Positions 40,081 through 53,628 of a DNA stretch of 64,000 nt are shown here, in pieces; positions within the stretch are counted from its first letter, which is position 1, and the number at the start of each line of letters is the position of its first letter. The notes under the pieces are model-generated. The model made no database searches. It was given only the letters and a program-made list of their open reading frames with translations, and was not told where the DNA came from. A program made the position numbers and the translations under genes. This DNA is from Chrysomallon squamiferum (Eukaryota > Animalia > Mollusca): NCBI GenBank assembly GCA_012295275.1, contig CM022665.1, forward strand, positions 33,790,001 to 33,854,000, written 5' to 3'.

Positions 40081-40924
40081 TCTAGAGTTTTGTGTTGTTC
40101 TGTCTTGTGCATACACACAGGCACCAAACAACATACACCATCTACACAACACCAAAAATATTTGTTAATCTGCCTGTCTGAGTATATATGTGTGCAGTCT
40201 CTGTCTTTCATCAGTGTATGAGTGTTTGCATGTTTTCTGTTGTGTTATGTTGCTGTGTAGTGTATTTTGTTTGGGAGTGTATACATGTGGGTTGTGTGGT
40301 GTAAGTGTCGAGTTGTATGTATGACAGATAACAGAAATAACACAAAATACACTGCTGTGCTGTTTTGTGCATCTCTCTGATCTGTGTATATGTCTTTTTT
40401 ATGTCTGTTAGCATGTGTTTTTCTATGTGAGATTGTCTCTGCGTTTGCATGTTTTGTTGTTGTGTTGTGTTTTGTGTGTTGAAAACATGGAGAATGTGGT
40501 CCAAGTCTGTCTGTCAGTGTATGTGTGTGTCTGAAGCTGCCTCTATGTTTCTGTGTGTTTCACATTGTCTCTGTTTATGTGTGTATGTATGTGTATGTGT
40601 CTCGTCTGTACGAGTGTGAGCATCTTTTGTGTTGTGTGTTACGTATGTATGTGGGTTGGTGTGCATCTGTCTGATACATTGTCTGATGTCTGTGCATTTC
40701 AGTTTATTTTATGTCTGTCAGCATGTGTTTTTCTGTATGAATTTAGACAAACCTGATGAATGAATGAATAAATGAATGACTGTATAACAACATCCCAGCA
40801 CGACACGTTGTCTGTTGTGTATCACAACAAATGTAAATATAACAAAATGGTGACTACTTTATATATAAAAATTTAAAGACTTAATTAAAACACAGCAAAA
40901 ATATCACAGTATAATAAAATGATT

Positions 40925-41250
40925 CCATCAGATTTATTGGCAAAATACATGTTTCCTAATGCTTTAAGACAATGACATTCCACCACAATGTGGCAGACAT
41001 ACTGTCAGAGTACACTGACAATGTTCAGTTTGAGGTTTATGATCCTTCTTCTTCCCATGCGAGAATGACACATGTAGTCTGCCAGTTTCCCAGTCTTCTG
41101 TAAAATGTAACTAACATGAAATTGATGCTTGCAATCACTGTAAGTACGCCAGCCTTGACACAACGCAAGTTTAAATCGGACTTGGAAGCAGAATCTGTCT
41201 TTCAATTTCCCTCGATGCCAAGATGCCTGAATATCCAGCATTAATGGCAT
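40925..41250 (-). mobile_element. Decayed 3' fragment of an I-group (RNase H-bearing) LINE
   Basis: Minus strand CTLTV / HIVVECHCLKALGNMYF resembles the C-terminal LTVxHILxEC zinc-knuckle motif; frameshifted. Confidence 0.5.
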
Positions 41251-41419
41251 TAGATAAATAATTCTTATAATAATAATAATAATAATAATAATATTAATAA
41301 ATAAATAAATATGCGATGTCAGTCTGTATGTGTCTGTGTGTGTTTATTATGCAGTAAAGCCAAGGCCCCCTCCCTACCGCTAAATACAGATAAATCTGGC
41401 TTTTGCTATAAATGGCCCT

Positions 41420-41750
41420 CTGGCCAAAACTTGCAGAGTTCAACTCAATCAGTCAGTTGGAACCAACAGTCACCGGCTAATTTAAACTCACGGTAAGATG
41501 TCAGGAGGACTGCCAAGATAGAATTACAAAAAGGCTAACTGGATGTTTACTCCAACCTGATACATATCCATACAGGCAATATTAATATAAAACAAGATAA
41601 TACAAATAAGACTGGTCAAAGAATTCAATGCACTCATTTTCAAAACAGCAAAGAAAATCATCTGAAGAAGAGTAAGATGAAATATAATACACCTTACTGG
41701 ATAGAAAAGCTGCTGATTCTAGGGTCTAAGATAAATGAAGCCATAGAAAC
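41420..41750 (+). mobile_element. Decayed LINE ORF2 fragment (endonuclease-RT linker)
   Basis: LPR*NYKKANW ... EFNALIFKTAKKII ... PYW, like the WNxKKANW...AAKxxIP...PYW motifs; several stops. Confidence 0.55.
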
Positions 41751-41898
41751 TGCTTTCTTGTATGTTCTTGAGTGGACGTCTCTATATTCTTTTAATCAAA
41801 GGCAAAATATGAAAAGAAGTTTCTGATTTGGTATTACCAAAAGATTATGTTACTTCATCCGACAATGCACATGTTTATTATTTCTGTGTTTTATTAAG

Positions 41899-44090
41899 AT
41901 GGGCAACAACCTGATAACAACAGCAGGCGCTGTAGCTCTTGTCACAGCAGTACACAATTCTGAGACCAGTGAGATGGAAACTCTCGATCTAACGGTATGA
42001 CAGTCGAAGCTTTATAAATAAATTTATTAAGCTAAACCAGACCTCTGTAACTAATTATCTGTATTCAATAAAGATAACAACTTTTTATGTGTATATTAGG
42101 CGAGCTACACAGAGGATGAATGAGAAAAAAAAAACCCACACACACACACACAAAAAAGAAGAAATTTATTACTTTATAATTAGTTTATATGTATGAATTT
42201 TCCGGGATACAGGAAGGTGCATACAAACCGATTCTTTCAGCTAATTGACAAGATGTAATCGTTACACGAATAACTACACATATGACAATATTTTATAATC
42301 GTTAATAATAAATGTGTTGATGTGTGAAAAACAGATAAACCATGATTTATATCGTGACCGGCATCTGTACATGACTTTTTAAGATAACAGAATAATAAAA
42401 TCTAAAAATAAAAACATATTAAATTAATGGAATAAAAATTTATTATATAAATAACAATTACATGCTAGTTTTTATTATTATTAATATTATTGTTATTATT
42501 ATTGTCTTTATTATTACTGTTATTGTTGTTGTTGTTACTATTATGAGTATTAGTATTAGTTTTTTATTTATTTATTTATTTATTTATTATTAAATGTATG
42601 TTTCTCCTGTCTGCAGGACGTTCCTGTTGAGTTCGAATTCCTGCGTGTAACTGAAGATATTAAATTAAAAAAGCCATGATTTACAGTCGTTCATGGACCC
42701 GTCATGAGATCGGGAAATACCTTGGACGATATCGGCAAAACAGCCATAGACCCATTTCAAAAGAACAAAGAACCTGTGGTTATTCTACAGGAACATATCG
42801 TCGTCAATGATATGCGTCTAATAGACATCTTAAAACGATACGATAGTGACAACAAATACAGTGTGACGCCTGAACAGTTTCTCGTTGCTTTAGACGTAAG
42901 TCGTCTTCTTTATAAAGGGGCGGTTCTACTATCTGAGGAAATATTAGCTGGGAAGGGGAGTCAGTATTGTGGTGGGGGTTTATCTTTAATGATGAAATGA
43001 CTACGTAAATCGTTATATGTACTGATGAACCAAAAATAGGTTGTCTCTGGATCCGTATAATTATGTTTTAAATGATATATCAGATACTAATGTGATTAAT
43101 TTTATTCGGTTCTTCTTTTCATTTTTATATTATTTTTCCTTCTTCGTCGGTATCATCATCATCACCATTATCATTTTCATAATCTTGTGAAAGATGCTGA
43201 ATGCAGCAATATCAAAAATTAAATTAAATTTTAGGAACTAGCTGTTCCTTACAATAGACCGAAACTTGAAGAAGCTGTGGAAAGACTTGCAAAAGATCAG
43301 TCTGGCAGAATATATTTTGGGTAAGCTGTTTATCTATTTTTGATGATGAGGTGAAGGTTTATTGTTCTTTCTTTTTCTTCAGATTTATATGCATTGTGTA
43401 CGTGTGTATATGTTTATATGTGTATGTGTGTATGTTGTTCCTGCAATCACTGTAGGTAATGGCAATATAAAATGACTAGATGAATTTCAAAATTTTTGGT
43501 CATTGACCAAAAATATAGCTTTTTGTACGGTATTATTTGTATTTTTATAAATTATTTGTTATTTACATGTTATTTATATTGTTCGAAGTTACTTCTTTAG
43601 TGTTTAATTGTTGGCTTTGATCTTAAAACACCATTTTTCAATTTGAAAAATAACGATTAAAATTTTATTTAAGAACTATTTTGCTTAGATGTAAAGGTTT
43701 TTGATTAGAGAGAGATGTATGGAAAAAGAAAAAAACCAGTTAATTTGAAAAAAACGCAGCATGATAAAGCTGATATCTCAAGACTGTAACCATTTATATA
43801 CAAAATTATGTATAAATGTGTATGTGTCTCTCTTTTTTGTGGTTTGCGTGTGCATGCATGTGTATGTATTTGTAGTAAGTAAACAGAAACCTATACAAAT
43901 ACTATAAATATTGCACATGCACAGAAACCTACATACAGTTATATACATATAAAATACACACACACAAACACTTTCATAATATATTTACTTATTCAAAACT
44001 AGTAAATATTTTGTTTCAAATTTCAGAGGTTATACCAATTTGGAAGGAACTCAACAAGAAAATGAACAAGAAACGAACGAACAGATATAG
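41899..44090 (+). pseudogene. 3' part of an LRRC74-like leucine-rich-repeat/EF-hand-like gene with an in-frame TGA
   Basis: Exons 41899-41994 (MGNNLITTAGAVAL...LDLT, RI-type LRR), 42617-42895 (TGA at 42677-42679, then MRLIDILKRYDSDNKYSVTPEQF), 43235-43320 (LAKDQSGRIYF), 44027-44090 (TAG). All junctions are GT-AG and in phase. No upstream LRR exons found in the window. Confidence 0.7.
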
Positions 44091-45629
44091 TAGAAAACAA
44101 CAATTAGAAAAATGGAAATATTAATCATATTTCTATTAAGTGTTACCTATTTTCAACAAGAATTGTTCTGCATCTAACTCAGTGGCATTTACGAGTGCTA
44201 TATTATACACCAGAGAAACATTATGACTCTGTTCATAGCCTGAGGAAAAACGAAATAATGAGGCCGGTGTTAAAAACTTTAAACAGCACCAAAATCGTTC
44301 GTAGGCATAATGTGATTGTTCCACTTACTGTAAATGACTAAACTTATACTAAAGGATTATTTCATTATGTGTTACAAATTTATTTATGTAATCAAGGAGA
44401 ACGGTTTCTGAGAATTTCGGGATCAAAAACTGATTGTTGTGGAATGTATTCTAGGTTAGAAAGTGTTTTTTTTGGCTCAGTTTTCAGAACCAAATATTTC
44501 TGATCAAAAACGTCTTCAAAGCAAGACGTTTCAGAAAAGACAGTGTAAATAACATTAGACATTCTCTCTGAAGAATAAATGTATATATAAAATGTTATGA
44601 CATTTTATTAAATTATAAACTGTAATTGTATAACAAAGCTTTATCTTGCAAATGCAAAGTTTTATTTATAATAAACATTTTGCTAACAACAACACAGAAA
44701 TATAAGCTGTTATTGTCAAATTCAAACTCTGATTATACCAAAATTACTGTAATAACTTATACAATTTTTTCTACTGCTTTGAATTATTTTTCTAAATCCA
44801 GATTGATATAATAATTGTTTTGCTACATGCTACCTCCTAAAGAAACGAAAATTTAAAAAAAAAAAAAAAGTCATTTCTGTGGAGAAGTTGTGCATATAAA
44901 ACATCTAACGTCAGTTTATTTTCTTCAGAGTATTTTCGTATTTTGCTTCTTTCTTTCTTCCCTTTTTTTTTTTTTTTTTTTTTGTAATAATTATATTTAA
45001 ACATTTGATCAGATATTTTTGCCTCAATTTATTTATATTAAACTACATTAAAATCAATGATGCCATATAATGTATATCGAATAAAACGTATAAAATACTG
45101 TTTAATTCATTTTGTTCTGTTTTTTACATATCTGATTACAGTTTCTGGATTATTCAAGAGAAAGATAATGAGACTGATGTAGGGTAAATATAATACAAAC
45201 TCAAATTATAGATGGAATATAACTATTTCAAATAAATCTCACTTTACATTTGTTCTTGAATACTTTCGTTCATCTTTGGTTTTCTACAGTACAAAAAAAA
45301 AAAAAAAAAATAAACCTGTATAACAGTAGCAATGTAAAGTAACCATTATATTTTATAATCATTTCAAAGAATAAAAACAAAAATATCAACTAGCAGCAAA
45401 ACCAAAATCAAAACTGATATAACGTTTCTATCGCTCAAAATTTGAGAACGGTAAATTATTCATTATGTTATTTGAGTTATTCCAAAATATATTGTCTCTA
45501 AACTCAAAACATAAAGATAGGAGACACAAACAATGTTTTTATTTTCAGATCCTATGATAATGAAGAAGATTTATTAAATTTATTTAATGAGATACTATGA
45601 TCGAAAGACATACCTATACATTTACATAA

Positions 45630-46075
45630 TACTACATACACAAATACATACATACATACACACACACATATACATACGTATATATACATACATTCATACA
45701 TACATACATACATACATGCATACATAAATATATACATAAATTCATGTATACATTTATGTATATGTATTTGAATGGATTTATGTTCGCATAAGAAAAGTAT
45801 TTTTGGATCACTACTCTCATGTTTAGATTATAAGTTATAAACACATATAACTGCACAAAGACTGTATATTTATTCGTGTGTCTGTATATATATATATACA
45901 CACACATACGCATATATATATCTGCGTATGTATGTGTATATATATGTATATGTACTTATACTAATAAATATATATATTAATCACTGAATGAAACATATTC
46001 ACCTAAACCGAAGATAGATAGAGAGATAGATAGATAGGCAGACAGACAGGCAGACAGACAGACAGAGAGATGAAT
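45630..46075. repeat. (CATA)/(TA)/(GATA)/(GACA) low-complexity tract
   Basis: Visible simple repeats. Confidence 0.85.
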
Positions 46076-46104
46076 GGAAGAACAGTCGGAAAATAATTGA
46101 CAGT

Positions 46105-47344
46105 TTCTTTCTTTTATAAAATATAAATGACATAACTGCCTTTCAGAAACAAGTAAAATTAAGAAATGTATTTCATTCATTTTATTTTCAATTATTTCTA
46201 TACCAATGTTATATAACCTGGTGCGTACTGTTATTATTACAACATAGTGTAAAAAGATAATAAAATAAAAAATGTATTAAAAATAAAAATAACATATAAA
46301 ATCAATTTTAATATTTCAGTATTATTTATTCCACAATATAATCTAAACAACATCAGTGTAGAGTTAATTTCTAGTATGAAGATGTTATTAAAGACATGTC
46401 AACATATTTCTTTCAGAGTAGGTACATGCGCTAAGTGTCTTCCTTTAGATATAAAGGTGTTTATATTTTTGAGCACTAAACATATTTAATTTTACATTCG
46501 ATAATGAACTGTATCAATTTGAAAAATACTGGTACTCAGACACAGTTCTTGTATAATTTCTATTAACCAACTCTTTAATTATTTTAAGATTCTACAACAA
46601 AACTTATCTGACTTTAGTTACCAAAACATAGTATTCATTAATTAATGAAAAAGAAACTTCTCAGTACTAATTTGCGACATTATTCATAGTTTACATTAAT
46701 CACTGAATGAAACATATTCATTTAAAAGTTTACTGCAGATTATGAACATGTTTAAATATTAATTTAATTATTATTTTATTTTATTTTATTTTATTTATTT
46801 TTATTGATTTATTTATAGTTTTTCATTATAAATTAACAATCCAGTTGTTTTCAGTCAGATGTATCCGTTGATCCAAATGAATTCAAATGTCAGCACATGC
46901 ATTAACATAATTACACAGACAACCATACACACTGACAAAACCACACACACGCACACATTCATACAGACATCCATATACATACTGACAAATGTATAAGATC
47001 AGAAATTATTTTTAAAAAAATGTATGACTGCTTAAAAATAAGTCCAATTTTACTGATATTTAAAAAAAAAAGGTATTAAATAAATTATTTTAAATATGCA
47101 TATAATCTTCTATTTTCCATAACATATTCATTTTATGCATCTAAATCGGACTCAGAAGAAATGTCCAGTGCTGGGCAGTCACTCCGAGGACAGGGTACTG
47201 GACAATAGTATGGACAAACTTCATCAGTGGTACTAATCTGATCGAAAATTGTCCCTTCTATCAAATCTGTGAACTGAAGAAACTGCTTGAGCTTTTCTGG
47301 AAGAGAGAGATGAGATATTTTACACGTTGGGTTTCTTCCTAGAA
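46105..47344 (-). repeat. Duplicate of the 3' end of the ankyrin/SOCS gene (identical coding 47129-47344 plus diverged 3' UTR)
   Basis: 47129-47344 is identical to 49986-50201; about 46105-47128 aligns patchily with about 49125-49985. Confidence 0.92.
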
Positions 47345-49989
47345 ACAGCGGAGAATTAATAGACAAGTTTACCATTTCAAAATGATTGAGGTGTGACTAA
47401 GACAAGCTCATTCTGTCTTTAAATCATATAAAAATTGAAGATTATGCCTTTCTCTCAATGTCTGCCAAATGTCATACAAATATATAATGTAGCATGTATT
47501 TAATTTGTGGTGTTCTCAGCAAATAAGGCGGCAATAATGATTTCTGTTGCTGCCGATGTCTAAAAAGTTCGATGTTTTGTCTATTTCGTGTGATTTAGTA
47601 ATTAAGTGGCATAATATTCCAGTTTTAAGTAATATTTTCTTTCTTATAAATATGTTGATTACGAAGACAGTTCTTAGCTAATTAGATTTTGAAGAACATT
47701 TTGATATCTATATAATAAAAGTAAATTAACGCTGATTAATGTTATTAATTAATTGGTAAAAAAAATAAAAGAATAAAAAATCATTAATGTTAGCAAAATA
47801 CTTGAAAATGCAAAATCGTCTTGAAACATGATTTTTTTTTTTTTTTTTTTTTGAATACTTGTTTAAATTCTATGGTGTTATTGAGAATTACATAATTAAG
47901 GCATAAGGAACATTTGAACTAATTAGTGTAATTAATAAATTAATTAATATTCATGAGCATTAGGAACATGCTTAAAAATACTGTATAACTCTAGAACTCA
48001 TAAAAAGTTTCGTTTTCACATATAGTACATGTATACTGGCTTGATAAAAAAAAAAAAAAAAAAAATTTGGATCAGTTCTATCATGCATAGATTAGAAGTT
48101 ATAAGAATGCATAATTGCACAAGGACTTTAAATGTATGTGTGTGCTCATATTTATTTATGTGAGAAATTCAATGTTATCAAGTAAATGAAAAGAAAAATA
48201 CCGCCATATTTTATTGAGATAAAAATTAGTAACTGCTATTAAAGGTTTCTTGGTGTCTTTTTAATCTAAACGTTTTTTCACTTTCTGATCATATATAATT
48301 TTACAGGAAAATTATATTTTTGAAATTTTGTCACATAGCTACATCTGATCGGCGATTTAAAGAAATAGGCTAAGAATTCATTCACAACGGATTTTATTTC
48401 AACAAGAAGTTTAGCAAGATAGATGAACTTTGGTTCAACAAACATAAAACTATGACTGCTTGTAAGGATAAAATGATTACTTATTTGAAAAGAATTATAA
48501 AATAAAAAGTTTACCTCTGAAATTTGCCCATCTTCATTAGCTGATGTACTTTTGTTGTTGCTAAATGACGTCATGCTATTCTTTTTATACGTATCGTAGA
48601 AACCGAAGGAGTCCGAAAATAGACATCGTTGGAAACTAATAAATAGCACTTCTAATTGTCAGTTTCCGTCATGCATTTCTTTTTAGTGCATTCTGAGTCA
48701 TACCTAACTGATATTGCTGTGATATGTAAGAACAACACCTAAACTTATATTTATTTGAAATATATTCCATCTATAGTTTGTATATTTAACCTACATCACA
48801 GCACTCTCTCTCCAAATTGTATCATACTAACACTTCAATCACTAATACTTACTCAACTTGAAAATGAGTATTTGGTGGACTGTTTACCTTAGTTACAGAA
48901 CGTGAAACACACACACACTTTATACAGAGAGAGTTCTCAGTTTTATAATTGCATTCTTGAAATATTTTATTTTTAGCATAGAAGTAATCATTTTGATATA
49001 TATTATGATCAAATAGGCAATTTTCTATTTAGTCACTTTCTAAAAAATACAATGAGTAAATATTATTGAATATATTTATGACTTATTATTATTATTTTAT
49101 ATATGTTACAGTCTAAATATAAGATACTTTCTTTCTTTTATAAAAAAATAATAAGTGACATAATACTCTTTTAAAAAAAAAAAATTAAGAAATATATTTT
49201 ATTTATTTTCTTTTAAATCATTTGTATACTAAAGTAAAAATATAAAACATTAGAATTAATTTGTAAAAAAACTATATATATGATCTATTTTGATATATGA
49301 GTAATGTTTATTCTACAACATAATCTAAAAACATCAGTGTACAGTTAATGGTAAAATTTTAGCTATGAAAATGTTATAGAAGCAGACTCGAGCAAAGGCA
49401 TTCCAACATATTTCTCTCAGAGGAAACATACATGCACTATGTGTCTTTCTTTATAATGGTATTCATATTTTTCAGCTCTAAACATTTTAATTTTACATTT
49501 GATCATGAACTTTCAGTTGTATTTAGTATCTGGACTATAGCAGTCTGAAAACAAAATACTAGTGCTGGGATACATTTTTGTGTCATTTTTAATTATTTTA
49601 AGATCTTACAACCTGTGTTTACTGAAGATTTTAAACTGGTTTCAGTATTATAATATATTTTATATTAAAACGATGTTTAATTACTCAAAACATATCATAG
49701 TTTCTTGTTGATATAATTTTATGTTAATCTAAAATCAAAATAATTGAACAGTCAAGCTGTTTTCAGTCAAATGTATCTTTTGATCAACATGATTTATATT
49801 TCAGCACATGCATGAACACACATAAATACACACACATTCTCAAAGACATGCACATACATACAGACAAATATATAACATTATAAATATGTCCAGTTTCTCT
49901 GGTATTTTAAAATAGGTATTAAATAAAATATCTCAAATTATGCATATATTAACTGGTTAATAATCAGTTTCTGTGACATTTTAACCATT

Positions 49990-52558
49990 TTATGCATCTA
50001 AATCGGACTCAGAAGAAATGTCCAGTGCTGGGCAGTCACTCCGAGGACAGGGTACTGGACAATAGTATGGACAAACTTCATCAGTGGTACTAATCTGATC
50101 GAAAATTGTCCCTTCTATCAAATCTGTGAACTGAAGAAACTGCTTGAGCTTTTCTGGAAGAGAGAGATGAGATATTTTACACGTTGGGTTTCTTCCTAGA
50201 AGAAGAAAGATTTTTGTACGACAAAGTTTCAGTAAAGAATTGGGTTCATTCCTTGAATGCACCAGCCATTTATGAATATCTGGTCGGCGAGTTATGGAAA
50301 TGGGCCAAAGACTCAACTGAACCCACTGCTCATTCAGAAAGATGGGTTTTATTTCAGCTAGAAGATTAGCAACATGCATAAGCTTTGCTTCAACAGCCAT
50401 ATAAAAGTAAGACTGTTTTCCCTGATGGTTGGCTAAACTGCATCCACCATGAATTAAAACAATAGCACATTTCTCAGCATGGATATTAATTGCTTGTTCT
50501 AAAGGAGTTTCTTTCCACTTATATTTCTTGTCCAGTTTGTATCCGTACCTGACCAGTAGTCTAACCATGGCTGCATTGTGGTGTTCTATGGCTACAGTCA
50601 TTGCAGTGACACCATGTTTAGTAGTTGCATGAAGTTTAATTCTGTTCTGCAGCAGAAGTTCACATATCTCATACCGGTTGTATGCTACAGCAAAGTGTAG
50701 AGCAGTCAGTCCAACATCTGTTTTAGCCTGGAGATTACACAGTGAGTTGATCAGACATTCACATATTACCTTGTTGTTTAACTGAACAGCTCTGTGAAAT
50801 CAAAGTTTAAAGATTGGCAAAATATATGTGAAAAAGCTGAATAAAGCATTATTATATTTATGTATTATAATCTGAATAATTAGATATTTAATTTTTTTAA
50901 TCCGATTTAGTAAATTACATAATAAATATAAATCAACACACGCACACACACACAAACACACGTTTAAGCCATCATAAAGAAACAGTAGTAGTAAAAGTAG
51001 CAGTAGAAGTGTAACAGTAGCACAAATAATAGCAGTAGCAGTAGCATGAGTATTATAAATAGAAGCAGTCATATTTCTAACAGAAGAAATAGTGGAAGTG
51101 GTACCAGTTGTGGTAGTAGTAACATAAGTATTATAAATAGCAATGGTAATGGTAGCAATAGTAGACTATAAATAGTGGTTGTGGTAGCAATAGCAGTAGT
51201 AGTGGTGGCAGAAGCAACAGTAGTGCTGACAGTAGCAGTAGTTTCTGTAACGATAGCAGCAGTACTACTAGCAGTAGTAGTAATAGTAGCAGTTGAAATA
51301 GTAAGTAATAGTATCAGTAGTAACAGTAAAAGAGTTTACTTAATTAGAGGTGTTTCAAAGTCCACACCAATGCCAAGTCTTCTCTGATTAACGTCACCTC
51401 CAGCATTAATAATGAGTTGAACAACTTCAGCACTGTTACTTAGTACAGCTTGAAATAAAGGACTGCAACCTGTATAAATAGATATCTGTTGTTTTAACAC
51501 CACAAGACAATTTTCAAAATATACTAGTAAATGAATTTACAGACAAAATGAACAGAAATATTTGAAAATAAATATTGATGCAGAACAAAAAAATAATATT
51601 GTCATTTATTTGAGTTTTTGTCTGTGTCAGTGTTTGTGTGTTTATTTGTGTTTATTTATTTATTTATTTATTTATTATACCATATTTATATAGCACTTTT
51701 TCTATACTAAGTAAGTTCACGGGTGCTTTTCAGAGTAAACTGATGAACTAAAATATAAAAGGACTTGGACATAAACCTATTAAAATAACTGTAAACATAA
51801 TGGTGAACATATCAAAATGTTAAAAATAAATGAGTCACATTTAAAAATTGTATAAGATAATTAATAGACTAGCTTAAACATTTAAAAAAAATAGAACATG
51901 ACTTTATATTAACAAAGTGAATCTGAAAGAAATGTGTCTTTAGTAGTGTTTTGAATGTAGTTGTTGTTTCAGACTCCCTAATGTTACTTGGGAGTGAATT
52001 CCACAAAATCAGTGCAGCATAACTGAAACATCTCTGACCATGTATAGCTGTGTCTTCATATATTTCTGTACATCAGAGATAAAATATAAAATGTGCATGT
52101 GTTCTAATAAAAAAGCAATATGATAAAAATATCAGGCTTGTGGAGGCAGATATATTCCCCTTTTCATACATGGATTTGTAAATAACAGACCGATTAAAAC
52201 ATTGCCTATTTGGCACTTCCTCAATTTGTCAGGGATTTTTAAAATGTTCTGTTATAAAAGAAATACAAATGACAGCTCCATGCATCTTAATTAACATCTT
52301 ATAATTATTATTGCTCTAAATATTTATTACCATGGTCTAGTAAAATAATCAGCTCTTTATATTCAAAATATGTTTAGACTATTTGTTCATATTACTGAGG
52401 ATATGCTTAAAATAATAATGACGTTATGTGTAAACTATATATACCTGTTTTTTGGTCTATTACACCAACATTGCATTTCCCTCCTTGTAAAAGAACACTT
52501 GCTAACTCCTTGTTGCCATGTTTAGCTGCCCACCTGAAAATATAGTATTTTATTTACT

Positions 52559-52598
<40 letters not shown>

Positions 52599-52713
52599 TA
52601 TAATGTTTCCATCTAGAAATTTATGAATTAATTCTCCTGTTAGGTGCATAATCAGATGGGAAATAAAAGACTATAGTAAGGAAAGGTACATTAAAAGGTA
52701 TTCCGTAATTCTT

Positions 52714-52745
<32 letters not shown>

Positions 52746-53411
52746 AATAAATAATTGATTACTGCCAGTATAAAAGTGAAGATCTATAACTGTGCATTAC
52801 AGTAAATTTTGATCACTAATTTTATCCTTTCTTTTATAAAAAATGTCCTTTTACTCATAAAGACAGTGCTTAAACTATTTCTGAAATGACAAATCTGACC
52901 TTATGAGGTCACATTAAATAAATTAAAAAAAATATTTCAATAATTTTAAATAATTATTTTATTTCATTTATTTATTTATTTTTTATTATTATTATTATTA
53001 TTATTTTTTTTTTTTTTTTTTTCAGAATCAAAATATAAAGAAGACAATTAATAATGATAATACCTGAGGCATTTTACTACAATTCTCCATTTATGCAAAT
53101 ATTAACAATGAATAACACTCTAAAAAGACTTACCAGATAGGGGTTCTGCCATCAGTGGTCACTGCATTGGTGTCTGCTGGTCTAGGTTTAGCTGTGATTA
53201 AAATGAGAGTTAGCTCTGCACTATTCAACTTTGCTGCTATATTCAGTGCTGTTGGTTCTAATGGACATAGTTTATCTCTGATGTTTGGGTCAAATGAACT
53301 TTCTTTCAATATTTTCTTCACACTTTGGCATTCTAGGCGTCGAACATGATAAAAAAACTCTTTTATTTTGTGACTGGGCTGGATTTTTTTATTAGGCATG
53401 TTGTAGATCAT
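49990..53411 (-). CDS. Ankyrin repeat and SOCS box protein (ASB-like)
   Basis: Exons 53411-53134 (ATG 53411 or 53399; exon acceptor at 53470), 52533-52445, 51469-51340, 50791-49990 splice in frame. Ankyrin motifs PTALNIAA, GRTPIWWAA, GCSPLFQAV, ETPLIKAV, GLTALHFAV, ETPLEQAI; SOCS box PNSLLKLCRTKI...LSLPEKLKQFL. Confidence 0.9.
50985..51330. repeat. Degenerate (AGT/AGC/GGT)n trinucleotide tract in the ASB intron
   Basis: Visible; source of the V/A-rich spurious ORF. Confidence 0.85.
51650..52052 (-). mobile_element. L2/CR1-group LINE 3' end
   Basis: Minus strand HGQRCFSYAALILWNSLPSNIRE...FKTLLKTHFF, then 3' UTR ending gtgctatataaat + (AAAT)n tail. Confidence 0.8.
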
Positions 53412-53597
53412 CAGACTATCATTTGTCACTTAGAATAAGTCAAGTCATTTTGTTCTTAACACTGTTTATTCTGAAATAAAAGATATGGAAGAAAAAATAA
53501 TAAATAAATAAAAAAAGATCAAAGTTATCAATAAATATTTTCCAGACTTATCCTTTTCCACTTTTCATTTTTTTTTGTTTTGTTTGTTTTTGTTTAA

Positions 53598-53628
<31 letters not shown>

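Noticed and set aside
44220-44262. Hammerhead ribozyme-like CTGAGGA...GAAA with catta/taatg pairing
   Set aside because: No stem II, poor stem I, and the cleavage-site base would be G.
42677-44270. Selenocysteine reading of the in-frame TGA via a SECIS-like ATGA...GA near 44223-44247
   Set aside because: Only 2-3 bp of helix can form between the putative core strands, there is no apical AA loop at the right spacing, and the position does not look like a Cys site.
48278-48649. 123-aa minus-strand ORF and exon-like segments on both strands
   Set aside because: No recognisable domain; the minus-strand donor near 48513 is out of phase with the duplicated ASB acceptor, and the plus-strand frames contain stops.
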